In this document: one piece after another, positions 10,053 through 18,175 of the stretch
Position numbering within the stretch: the first letter of the stretch is position 1
How the letters are laid out: every line of letters begins with the position of its first letter
Origin: Candidatus Hydrogenedentota bacterium
GTDB taxonomy: Bacteria > Hydrogenedentota > Hydrogenedentia > Hydrogenedentales > SLHB01
Direction of reading: 5' to 3'
Assembly (NCBI GenBank): GCA_034408725.1
Contig: JAWXCN010000274.1
Span: 1-20,397 of the forward strand
DNA length: 20,397 nucleotides
The notes under the pieces: generated by a model
Told to the model about the DNA's origin: nothing
Databases searched by the model: none
Seen by the model: the letters and a program-made list of their open reading frames with translations, nothing else
Translations under genes and position numbers: made by a program

Positions 10053-11300
10053 TCAGTGCAATTCAAGGTGCTCGTCCCGAACCAAACGATCCAAAAACTT
10101 CTTCGCAGCGCCAAATGACGGGACCAGGGGGTTTATCGTCAGCGATTGTAGCGCACAATCATACGACTTGTGCTGTATTGCTTCCAGTGTGAGGCGATCG
10201 CTCTCCTTGAGCGCCATGAATAGGCCGCGCAAGAAGCGGGGCGTGCTGCCGACCTTCCTTGGTTTTGTGCCTTTCTTGCTCACTTCGACGGGAATTTCGA
10301 CACTGCATTCGTCCGGGAGATCGCGGATCGCGCCATCGTTGCGTACGCACAGGATCGTCTCATGCTCCTTCTTGTTTTCTAAAGTCATGATCAAAGGAAC
10401 GATGGTCTCGTCATACCAAACAGCGTTTCGCGCGCGCGTCAATTCCGGAATTTCGTGCAAACAGTCGTCTTGGTACAAGCGTAGAATCTGTTGCTCGGCT
10501 TCGTGCAGTACTTCGGCGCGGAAACGTCCGCACGCCTGTTGCCTCTTGAGAATTTCGTCCTGGTGGTAAAACAGACTCACGGTCCGGACGGGAATCATTC
10601 GGAACAATTCGATCAAACTATAATCAAAGCCATCGTTATTTTGATGTTCCAATTTTTCAAGGAGCCGGCTCATATGACTCCGGCCATCGATTTTGATGTC
10701 CTGAATCCAGCCAAAGTGGTTTAGGCCAATATAGTCAACCTGCAATTCGGCAGGATCGTGGCGCAAGATCGCGGAGACTTGCTTGACTGTGCTCCCCGGA
10801 AGATCGCAAACACCAAGCACCTGAAGTTTTGTGTGTTTTGCCAGCGCCTCGACAATCAGGCCCATCGGGTTCGTAAGGTTGATGAAGATTGCCCCAGGAT
10901 TGACTTCTTCCACCCTCGCGGCAATATCGAGCACGACAGGTAGCGTTCGCATCGCGTTCGCGAATCCGCCGGCGCCAAGACTTTCATCACCGATCATCCC
11001 CTGGCGCGGCGGCAACTTTTCATCGCGGACTCGCGCGAGCATTCCGCCGACCCGCACGTGATTGATAATATATCTCGCGCCGGCGACGGACTGTTTCAAA
11101 TCCGTTGACGCGATCACCGTGGTGGGAAAACCGCTTTTCTTGACGAGACGCTGGCAAAACTTCGCGACGATTTGAAGTTTATTGCCCGGACGTCCAAATA
11201 GGACAATTTCCTTTACATTTACGTTGTGCGAAACAACAGAAAGGACCAGTTCAGGCGCATATACACTGCTGCCGCCAAGTATTGTGATGCGCTCGATCAT
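10053..11300 (-). CDS. Family 4 glycoside hydrolase (6-phospho-beta-glucosidase-like, NAD+/Mn2+-dependent), divergent
   Basis: ITILGGSSVYAPEL Rossmann start, HVRVGG, DEKLP...GDESLGAGG, INLTNPMG, GVCD, GLNHFGW and VEIP...NPLV. Confidence 0.88.
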   Translation of the reverse strand: MIERITILGGSSVYAPELVLSVVSHNVNVKEIVLFGRPGNKLQIVAKFCQRLVKKSGFPTTVIASTDLKQSVAGARYIINHVRVGGMLARVRDEKLPPRQGMIGDESLGAGGFANAMRTLPVVLDIAARVEEVNPGAIFINLTNPMGLIVEALAKHTKLQVLGVCDLPGSTVKQVSAILRHDPAELQVDYIGLNHFGWIQDIKIDGRSHMSRLLEKLEHQNNDGFDYSLIELFRMIPVRTVSLFYHQDEILKRQQACGRFRAEVLHEAEQQILRLYQDDCLHEIPELTRARNAVWYDETIVPLIMTLENKKEHETILCVRNDGAIRDLPDECSVEIPVEVSKKGTKPRKVGSTPRFLRGLFMALKESDRLTLEAIQHKSYDCALQSLTINPLVPSFGAAKKFLDRLVRDEHLELH

Positions 11301-12001
11301 CGCACCTCGTCCTTCTCGCGGCTCGAATACAGGTAGTCCGCGGCGATTCCGCGGACCGCGCCGGCGGCGTCGCGCGTCGCCCGGACGAAACGCCTTGGGC
11401 GGGTCTCGACTTCGATGCGGCCCGCGCGGACCGCGTCAATCACGCCGTCCATGGATCGCTCGGCATTCAGCCAAGACACCGTGGAATCATCATAGGGTAG
11501 TGCATGGGTGTCGGAAGTGCCGAGCATGGGCAGTCCATGATTGCGGGCGGCGCGTTCCGCCCATGAATTGAGATTGAAACTTTGAAAATACAGGCTGCAA
11601 TATTCAATCGCATCAAACAAATCCATGTTCGGCAAAAGTTTTCGCATCAGGCTGTGGGGCGCGGGGTAATACGGGTGCGGAGCAATGAACACCGCATTGC
11701 GCCGGCCCAGTGCGCGCATCTCCTCGAAGGTGTGCGCCGACAAATGTTCGGGCGCTGGATTGAGAATCAGCACATGCTTGCCTTCGACAAATTTTTCGAT
11801 GCCCGGTATCAATAGTACGCCCTGGCCGCGCGCATACTCGGCGAGATACTTTGAATAAACATTGAGCTCGTGGCAGGTGATGGCGAGCACGTCTACGCCG
11901 GCCGTCGCGACGGCATCAATCAACATTTCGGCGGAGTAATCCAACGCATCAAACGGATCGTCTGCTGCGTGCGTATGTAGATCGGCCTTTAATCGTTCCA
12001 T
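11297..12001 (-). CDS. PHP-domain metal-dependent phosphoesterase
   Basis: Motifs DLHTH, AITCH, IPGIE, APHPY, DAIE and GTSDTH. Stop overlaps the GH4 start (ATGA). ATG 12001 is preferred over GTG 12034. Confidence 0.88.
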   Translation of the reverse strand: MERLKADLHTHAADDPFDALDYSAEMLIDAVATAGVDVLAITCHELNVYSKYLAEYARGQGVLLIPGIEKFVEGKHVLILNPAPEHLSAHTFEEMRALGRRNAVFIAPHPYYPAPHSLMRKLLPNMDLFDAIEYCSLYFQSFNLNSWAERAARNHGLPMLGTSDTHALPYDDSTVSWLNAERSMDGVIDAVRAGRIEVETRPRRFVRATRDAAGAVRGIAADYLYSSREKDEVR

Positions 12002-12038
12002 AGGAGCAACACCCTGCCTCCGCGCCGAGGCCACAATG

Positions 12039-12068
12039 AGGCTAACCGCAAATTTTGGAGTAAGTCAA
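12039..12068 (-). promoter_or_regulatory. Putative sigma70-type promoter for the PHP-GH4-HEAT-acyP cluster
   Basis: Minus strand TTGACT-N18-TAGCCT in the pyrE-PHP gap. Confidence 0.4.
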
Positions 12069-12108
12069 ACCGCCGGATTTGCGCGCGCAGCTAAAATGGC
12101 GTAGGGTG

Positions 12109-12681
12109 TCAAACGATCATTTCGTCCGGATCGCTCAGGGCAATCTTGTCCTGGCAACCTGGGCACTCGGCTGCGGCGTAACTGCGCAGAGCCAGAAAAG
12201 CCAGGGGCTTGTACGCGCAGTCGAACTTTACTTCCCCGCCGCTGCGATCGACCAGTACGGATACACCCGAAACGCATGCCCCGCGCGCTTCGAGGTGGGC
12301 AATGGTTTTCGTGACCGAGCCGCCCGTTGTCACGATATCTTCGACTACCAGCACGTTCGTGCCGGGGTCAAGCCTGAAGCCGCGCTTGAGTGACATGCCG
12401 CCGCCGTCTTTTTCCGTGAACACTGCGCGGCATTCGAGGTGGCGCGCCGTTTCATAGGCGAGAATGATGCCGCCCGTCGCGGGTCCTACCACCAGTTCTA
12501 TTTTTTCGTCCGCCCACTTCTCCGCGATGGCTTTGCACAACCGCTCGGTGTAGTTTGGGAATTGCAGCACGCGCGACGCCTGTACGAAATGTGCGCCATG
12601 TCGCCCGCTCGTATATAGAAAATGTCCCTCAAGCAGTGCGCCCGTCGCGCGAAATATATCCAACACCTGGCCAGAGGTCAT
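12109..12681 (-). CDS. pyrE: Orotate phosphoribosyltransferase
   Basis: GHFLYTSGRH, GPATGGI, PRPP-binding VLVVEDIVTTGGSV and VDRS; directly downstream of pyrD. Confidence 0.95.
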   Translation of the reverse strand: MTSGQVLDIFRATGALLEGHFLYTSGRHGAHFVQASRVLQFPNYTERLCKAIAEKWADEKIELVVGPATGGIILAYETARHLECRAVFTEKDGGGMSLKRGFRLDPGTNVLVVEDIVTTGGSVTKTIAHLEARGACVSGVSVLVDRSGGEVKFDCAYKPLAFLALRSYAAAECPGCQDKIALSDPDEMIV

Positions 12682-12694
12682 ACAGTGGGTTCCT

Positions 12695-13651
12695 TCATTG
12701 GGCCTTCATTCCTCCAATGATGTCGTGCACATCACTGATCGAATGCCGCTTCAAATAGTCTTCAATTCCTTCCATCACACGGATCGCGGCGTCCGGTTGA
12801 CGGAACGTCATCGAACCCACGGAAACCGCCGTCGCTCCGGCAAGCAGAAACTCGATGGCGTCGTGCGAATGGCAAATGCCGCCCGTGCCGATGATTGGAA
12901 TTTTAACGGCCCGATGTGCGTCCCACACCATTTTAATCGCAACGGGCCGAATCGCGGGGCCGCTCAAACCGCCTACGATATTGGAGAGGCGTGGCCGGCG
13001 CGTTTCTGCGTCGATAGCCATTCCCAGGAGCGTGTTGATTAGGCACAACGCATCCGCGCCGGATTCCTCCGCCGCCACGGCGGGGTCTGTGATGTCCATG
13101 ACGTTGGGCGTCAATTTAATAATGAGCGGCAATTTAGTCACGGCGCGAATTGCGCGGGTGTATTCCGCCACGCATTTTGGGTCTTGCGACACCAATACCG
13201 CGCCTCTGGCCTTGCGGGCGTCATGGACATTTGGGCAGGAAAGATTTGCTTCGATGGCATCAGCGCCATCCGCTTTATCCAGGCGTTCCGCCAGCGCGAC
13301 ATACTCCTCTGGAGCATGGCCGTAAATGTTGGCGATGATTGTTGCGCCTTTTTCGCGCAGGAACGGAAGTTTTTCGTTGAGATAGACGTCGATGCCGACG
13401 TTCTGCAAACCAATGGCGTTGAGCATGCCCGCTGGCGTTTCGACCAGCCGCGGCGGACGATTGCCGGCCCTGGGTTTTAATGACAGGCTTTTTGTCGTGA
13501 CCGCACCAAGCCGGGATAGTTCAAAGTAATTGCTGTACTCGCCGCCATAGCCAAACGTGCCCGAGGCCACGGTGACGGGGTTTTTCATTTTCAGACCGCC
13601 AAGGCCCACGGCCAATTTGGGGGTCGAATCCGTGTCTGCCGGCGTACTCAT
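12695..13651 (-). CDS. pyrD: Dihydroorotate dehydrogenase, family 1 (1B-like catalytic subunit)
   Basis: KNPVTVASGTFGYG, GN.PPRLVETPAGMLNAIGLQNVG, NLSCPNV (catalytic Cys), KLTPNV, INTLLGM and GGLSGPAIRPVA. Start is ATG 13651 or GTG 13666. Confidence 0.95.
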   Translation of the reverse strand: MSTPADTDSTPKLAVGLGGLKMKNPVTVASGTFGYGGEYSNYFELSRLGAVTTKSLSLKPRAGNRPPRLVETPAGMLNAIGLQNVGIDVYLNEKLPFLREKGATIIANIYGHAPEEYVALAERLDKADGADAIEANLSCPNVHDARKARGAVLVSQDPKCVAEYTRAIRAVTKLPLIIKLTPNVMDITDPAVAAEESGADALCLINTLLGMAIDAETRRPRLSNIVGGLSGPAIRPVAIKMVWDAHRAVKIPIIGTGGICHSHDAIEFLLAGATAVSVGSMTFRQPDAAIRVMEGIEDYLKRHSISDVHDIIGGMKAQ

Positions 13652-13717
13652 AAGCCAATGGAGCACGCGCGCTGTTCGCGGGCCGTATGTCGATGTCCGT
13701 ATGCCACAGATCTCGAA

Positions 13718-14284
13718 TTACGGAGTGGCCGGCGCAGCGCCGCCTTTGATGGTGATGTTGCCGTTCTCATCCTCGAATTTAGTTCCATCGGCGCGGAACG
13801 CCATGCGCGCGTCGAAGAAAATTCGCTGAACGGCGGGCAGTGATTTGGGTGAGAAATTACTCGCGTCCAGGATTCCTTCGTATAGCATCCACCGATTGTT
13901 ATTTTCCTCAATGACAAGTTGGGCGTTACGGTCGCGATCTCGGCTCGTGCCAAATTTTTTGTACTCCCGGTCCCGGATCACTGACACGAGGCCGTTGTTG
14001 GCTTCCATCAGATGGCCGGTTGCGAGGAATCCCTCAACGAGGTGAGCGCGCGCAGCGCGGGACCGGATGGCCTGCTTGATCGAATCCGTGTCGACGGTCA
14101 CTGCGCCGCGGTTTGCAATGGCGGGTTCGCGATTTTTATCGTGGACCGCTTGTTCGATCTCGTTAGCCAACTGTTTAAGATCGTCAACCGGCAGATCTGC
14201 ATAATCTGGCGCCACCTGCATAAACGTGTGGCAACCCATTGCGAGAAGCGGCAGAATGGCGATGCAAAGCGATTTCGTGCGCAC
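13718..14284 (-). CDS. DUF1318 (YdbL)-like lipoprotein
   Basis: GGAGAG RBS before GTG 14284. Signal/lipobox MRTKSLCIAILPLLAMG-C. The pattern GHLMEANNGLV...LVIEENNNRWMLYEGI resembles DUF1318. The longer ORF-track start overlaps AIM24. Confidence 0.65.
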   Translation of the reverse strand: MRTKSLCIAILPLLAMGCHTFMQVAPDYADLPVDDLKQLANEIEQAVHDKNREPAIANRGAVTVDTDSIKQAIRSRAARAHLVEGFLATGHLMEANNGLVSVIRDREYKKFGTSRDRDRNAQLVIEENNNRWMLYEGILDASNFSPKSLPAVQRIFFDARMAFRADGTKFEDENGNITIKGGAAPATP

Positions 14285-14355
14285 GTAGGTCTCTCCCGTC
14301 GATTGGATGGTGGCAGGCGCGTAGTGTACAGATGCGCCCGCCAAAATGGTAGCAA

Positions 14356-15060
14356 TCAGCCAGGGGTAGGGGCGCCGGCCTGGTAGTGCACTTCTTCGTA
14401 GGGCTGAATTACGACGAAACCCTGGCCGGCGAATTCCATCTGGATTGATTCGCCACTGCCGCGGCCGAAGAAGGTCTTGAGCGAAATGTCGGTCTTGAAC
14501 GTGGGGGAGAGACCACCCGACCACGCGACAGTCGCGTTCGGATCGGTCCGGACCGGTGAATCCGGCGTCACGATCAGCGTCAGGGGATCGTAATGCGTCG
14601 TAATTGCAACGAGCCCGGTGCCCCCGAGGCGCACATTGAACAGCCCACCGGCGACCATTGCAACCATTTTGCGCATCAGCTTGATGTCCCACCCGAGCAC
14701 GGGTTCAAAAGCCAGCAGATCGTTTCCATTGACGAATAACACGTCTTCGGTCAGGTGCAGAATCGAAATTTTCTTGCCGGCATCCGCGAGATAAATCCGG
14801 CCTTGTCCGTCGGCTTTGGTGAGACGGGCGCCCTCGCCGGTAACCGCTTTTTTCAGCAATCTGGCGACGCCATGTTCGAGGACACCTTCTCGCGTGAATT
14901 TAACCGCGCCGCGATACGCCACCATCGAACCGGTCTTCGTCCAGATCGATCCATTGAGATTGATCTCGAGCATGCGCTCGTTCTCGAGTTCAAACACACC
15001 CTGGCCGAGTTCCTGCTGGCTGGTGCGGCTTACGAACTCTTCTATCGAATAGCGTGTCAT
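14356..15060 (-). CDS. AIM24 family protein
   Basis: Repeated AIM24 pattern: KTGSMVAYRG, LKKAVTGEG, GGLFNVRLGGTGLVAI, DPNATVAWSGGL and GESIQMEFAGQGFVVIQP. Confidence 0.9.
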   Translation of the reverse strand: MTRYSIEEFVSRTSQQELGQGVFELENERMLEINLNGSIWTKTGSMVAYRGAVKFTREGVLEHGVARLLKKAVTGEGARLTKADGQGRIYLADAGKKISILHLTEDVLFVNGNDLLAFEPVLGWDIKLMRKMVAMVAGGLFNVRLGGTGLVAITTHYDPLTLIVTPDSPVRTDPNATVAWSGGLSPTFKTDISLKTFFGRGSGESIQMEFAGQGFVVIQPYEEVHYQAGAPTPG

Positions 15061-15069
15061 GCGCCGCGC

Positions 15070-16320
15070 TCAGGATTGCGCAATCGCGAGCGTATTGAGC
15101 ATGGCATGATCGACCGATTCGACGATTTGAACCGGCGTCGAGCGCACAACGAGATCGTAAAGTTCTTCCACGTCTTCCATCTTCATGCGCGCGCATCCGT
15201 TGGAGGTAAACGCGCCGACAGTCGAAGGATCGGGCGCGCCATGGATGCCAAGGTCTTTGGGCAGGCCTTCTTGCACGGGCACCAAGGGCATCCAGCGGGT
15301 GCCAAGCAGATTTCGCGGATCGCCCGCGGGAATTGGGCCTTCGCCAGGTTTATGCCAAACGGGGTCTTTCTCCTTGTTGCCAATTTTATAGATGCCGAGG
15401 GTGGTTTCATGTCCCGGCTTTCCCAGACCGCAGTAGTAGCGTTTGAAAATGCCCTCCGAGTCCAATACAAAGAGTCGGCAGGTTGACCGCTCGAGCACAA
15501 TCCGGAAATCTTTCGGGGTCCATTTTAGGCGTTGGCCAAGACTGAGCCGCGCATCGTCGGTTAGGGCGTTGGCACGTACCAATAATCCTTGCGTCGTATT
15601 GAGCTTGATTCCAATCGTCGTGAGCGTGTCGCCCTTGGACACGGTGTAGACTTTGCTATCCAGTGTTTCTGCCTGCGAAAAAACGAGTGCGGCATTCGTG
15701 CGACCAAGCGCGTCAAGCGCAGTATTCCATTCCGGGCTGTCCCACTTGGCGCCAGTGACCGCTTCCGCATAGAGATCGCGGGCCTCGGACAGTTTGTTCT
15801 CGCGCTCGGCGTGGCGGGCGATTCCCTCAAGCGCGGGCGCGCGAAATTCAGACGGAGCGTTCTTCCGAATATCTTCGTATACCGCAAGCGCCTCTTGTGT
15901 CTTGCCCTCCTCTTCGAGCAGTTTGGCGTACAAAGCCTCGGCGCGGGGTTTCTCAGGGTTGCCGGAAAACTCCGCGGCAACCCGCTTCAACCCGTCAATC
16001 GCGCGGGCTCGGTCTCCCGCGCGCGCGTCAAGGTCGGCGAGCATCATTAATGCAGGCACCGCGACTTGTGCGTCGGTGGATTTTTCCGCAAGCGGGCGAA
16101 GCGCTTCCCGCGCTTCATCGGATTTGCCTTCTTCGAGCAGCGCGCGCGCGGTATCCAGCGTAGTTGGGGAGGGAGTCGTAATTGCCTGGACACCGCCTCC
16201 ACTAATCACCCACCGAACGCCACGGTATCCGCCGTAAACCACGGCGAAGGCGACGATCACTGTAATGATTGCGGATGGCAGCTTGCTGCGCTTCTTGTGT
16301 TTCAGGCTTGGAGCAATCAT
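15070..16320 (-). CDS. Membrane-anchored TPR + LysM + YkuD L,D-transpeptidase
   Basis: Basic N-terminus plus TM helix, TPR-like helical repeats, LysM (YTVSKGDTLTTIG...NAL...LSLGQRL) and YkuD domain (NPxW-like DPVW, NLLGTRWM, GIHG...TSNGCARM). Confidence 0.9.
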   Translation of the reverse strand: MIAPSLKHKKRSKLPSAIITVIVAFAVVYGGYRGVRWVISGGGVQAITTPSPTTLDTARALLEEGKSDEAREALRPLAEKSTDAQVAVPALMMLADLDARAGDRARAIDGLKRVAAEFSGNPEKPRAEALYAKLLEEEGKTQEALAVYEDIRKNAPSEFRAPALEGIARHAERENKLSEARDLYAEAVTGAKWDSPEWNTALDALGRTNAALVFSQAETLDSKVYTVSKGDTLTTIGIKLNTTQGLLVRANALTDDARLSLGQRLKWTPKDFRIVLERSTCRLFVLDSEGIFKRYYCGLGKPGHETTLGIYKIGNKEKDPVWHKPGEGPIPAGDPRNLLGTRWMPLVPVQEGLPKDLGIHGAPDPSTVGAFTSNGCARMKMEDVEELYDLVVRSTPVQIVESVDHAMLNTLAIAQS

Positions 16321-16365
16321 GGCAAGTAGACCCTATATATTGTGGTGTCCGGTTTCGATGCTTTC

Positions 16366-16394
16366 AGCATACATGAATTGTCCGTATCCGGCAA
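16366..16394 (-). promoter_or_regulatory. Putative sigma70-type promoter of the L,D-transpeptidase cluster
   Basis: Minus strand TTGCCG-N17-TATGCT, 45 nt upstream of ATG 16320. Confidence 0.45.
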
Positions 16395-16411
16395 CAGCGG
16401 CATGGCGAGCG

Positions 16412-17017
16412 TTAAAAACGTACTTCGTATCCAATGCACAAATGCGGTTCTAGGGGGTGTTTGTCGATAATGTCATACGTCTCTTTGACCAGTGGCCATT
16501 CTTCGGGGAGACAAACGGCATAGATGTATTCCACCCCAATCTGTGGCCCACGGAATATATCCTTGATGGCCTGCGCGGGTTTCATTCGAAAACGGTAATG
16601 GCGGCCAATTTCGCGCATGCCGATCCTTTGATAGAACCGCTGCGCCTTTCGGTCCTGGCTCCAGTATTCGAGACGATGAATGCCCTTGTCACGGGCGCTT
16701 GCTACCGTCGCGTCGATCAGGCGTTTCCCGAGGTTGCATCCCGCGTACTGCGGCAAGCGGCCAAACTCACAAACATAACCGCCGCGGCTGTCGTGCAGAT
16801 AACATAAATCGCCGGGTACGTTGTCGTACTGGCAATCAGTCAACCCCACGATCTCTTCGCCATTCGTTGCGACGAGCAACGTGCTTTCGTTTCCCTCGTA
16901 GGCTGGGCGTTCCTGTATGCAGTAATTCCATGCGTGCGACAGCGTCATGATGACGGCGTGGACCCTCAACCATTCGGATGCATCTTCGGAGCGGTATTCG
17001 CGGATGACGATATTCAT
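16412..17017 (-). CDS. GNAT family N-acetyltransferase
   Basis: MNIVIREYR start, LVA...EIVG, motif A-like LPQYAGCNLGKRLI and AQRFYQRIGM. Confidence 0.85.
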   Translation of the reverse strand: MNIVIREYRSEDASEWLRVHAVIMTLSHAWNYCIQERPAYEGNESTLLVATNGEEIVGLTDCQYDNVPGDLCYLHDSRGGYVCEFGRLPQYAGCNLGKRLIDATVASARDKGIHRLEYWSQDRKAQRFYQRIGMREIGRHYRFRMKPAQAIKDIFRGPQIGVEYIYAVCLPEEWPLVKETYDIIDKHPLEPHLCIGYEVRF

Positions 17018-17058
17018 GGCGGGATTGTAGCAGGAAGATTGAAAATGGGCGGGGCGCC

Positions 17059-17089
17059 TTGGAGTGCGGCGGCGGGTAGCTGCCGCTTT
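17059..17089 (+). repeat. REP-like palindrome (GGAG-tagged hairpin)
   Basis: TTGGAGT-GCGGCGGC-GGGTA-GCTGCCGC-TTT: an 8-bp stem (one G:T) preceded by GGAG; intergenic; single copy in the window. Confidence 0.5.
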
Positions 17090-17140
17090 CCATTTCCTGG
17101 GTAAAGTCGCTGCGCAATTAAGCGCGATTGCCCCTGGGGG

Positions 17141-17740
17141 TCAGGGACGAAGGCTGATGAAGACGATGAGCTTGCCTTCGGGAAGCGGCAGCCCGCCCAA
17201 CATGAGGTGCTTGCCCGGCGCGATTGCAGACGTTGTGTCGAGCGCATTGATCGTTACCGGTTTGCCGCCGCGTATCGTTTTCTCGTCAATGCGGACTCGA
17301 ATGCGCAGCCGTCCTTCCTCATCTTCCTTCAGCGGCGTCAACCGCAGGGTGTACGTTTCGTTGACAGAAAACGTTTTTTCTTTATCGCGCTGAATCGATG
17401 CCGTTTCCGATGAGACTTTGCGATAGGTGTCGTAAGGAAAGGAGGCGACCGCTTCACGAATCTCGTCTAGCCCCGGATCGAAGTGACTTTTTTTTATCGC
17501 GCCCGGCCGCTGCTGCTTTGGCTTACCGTTGTCACTGGGAATGAAACCCTGGCGCAACTGTTCGGATACTGGCTTTTTACCTGGCGCGCGCCGCGCCGCC
17601 GTTCCTTCGTTAACGCTATCCCGGTGTTCATTACTCGCCTGCACCGCCAGTACGGATACAGTGACGGAATCGGCGGAGGACGTGACGTCCGCAGCCGTAA
17701 TCGATGCAAAAAAAACTATGGCCGCCGCGGTTACTCCCAC
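17141..17740 (-). CDS. Exported hypothetical protein, third gene of the ECF sigma operon
   Basis: Probable GTG start at 17740 overlapping the anti-sigma stop. Hydrophobic N-terminus MGVTAAAIVFFASITAA; beta-rich C-terminus (YTLRLTP, LRIRVRI, HLMLGGLPL, LIVFISL). Confidence 0.65.
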   Translation of the reverse strand: MGVTAAAIVFFASITAADVTSSADSVTVSVLAVQASNEHRDSVNEGTAARRAPGKKPVSEQLRQGFIPSDNGKPKQQRPGAIKKSHFDPGLDEIREAVASFPYDTYRKVSSETASIQRDKEKTFSVNETYTLRLTPLKEDEEGRLRIRVRIDEKTIRGGKPVTINALDTTSAIAPGKHLMLGGLPLPEGKLIVFISLRP

Positions 17741-18168
17741 ATCTCCACCTGACCGGCATCGACCCAAACGACCGCTGTGCCGTCTTCGGCCGTGCCGGAA
17801 GTCACGGTTGCGCCGCTGATATCCGTGGTGGCCGATTCTACCGCGCTGACTGTCGGGGGCTGAACAATGTTGTTCGTCTCGAAGATAACGAAAAGCGAAA
17901 TAGCCGCCACGAGCGCGGCGGTCACCAGCGACAGCGCGGCCCAAAAACCGCGGCGCGGCGCGGGCGCTTCGATGCCTTCGCGAATGCCCAGCATGAACGC
18001 GGAGAACTGCGCATCGGCAATTTCCGGCGCGGGAGATACTGTCTGCGCGCCTTGCCGCAGATATGCGATGTCCGCGAGGTACTCGCGCTCCCCCGCCGTC
18101 GAGGGCGCCGGGCCTGCTCCGGCGTGCCCATCAAACTGTTGTGCTGTCTTTTTCTGCCACGCGTTCAT
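17731..18168 (-). CDS. Putative membrane-bound anti-sigma factor
   Basis: 7 nt downstream of the ECF sigma gene. About 70-aa cytoplasmic N-part, one TM helix (FWAALSLVTAALVAAISLFVIF) and a short extracytoplasmic tail. Confidence 0.7.
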   Translation of the reverse strand: MNAWQKKTAQQFDGHAGAGPAPSTAGEREYLADIAYLRQGAQTVSPAPEIADAQFSAFMLGIREGIEAPAPRRGFWAALSLVTAALVAAISLFVIFETNNIVQPPTVSAVESATTDISGATVTSGTAEDGTAVVWVDAGQVEMWE

Positions 18169-18175
18169 TTGTTCG

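Noticed and set aside
14285..14692. N-terminal extension of the 324-aa ORF 13718-14692
   Set aside because: Overlaps AIM24 in another frame; the RBS and lipoprotein signal point to GTG 14284.
17488..17715. Two 8-nt homopolymer runs (17488-17495 and 17708-17715) in the ECF accessory gene as possible phase-variation tracts
   Set aside because: The frame is intact, the runs are short, and they are explained by Lys-Lys and Phe-Phe codons.
17741..17944. N-terminal extension of the 267-aa ORF 17141-17944
   Set aside because: Overlaps the anti-sigma gene and is Arg/Gly-rich off-frame sequence; a signal-like segment begins at 17740.
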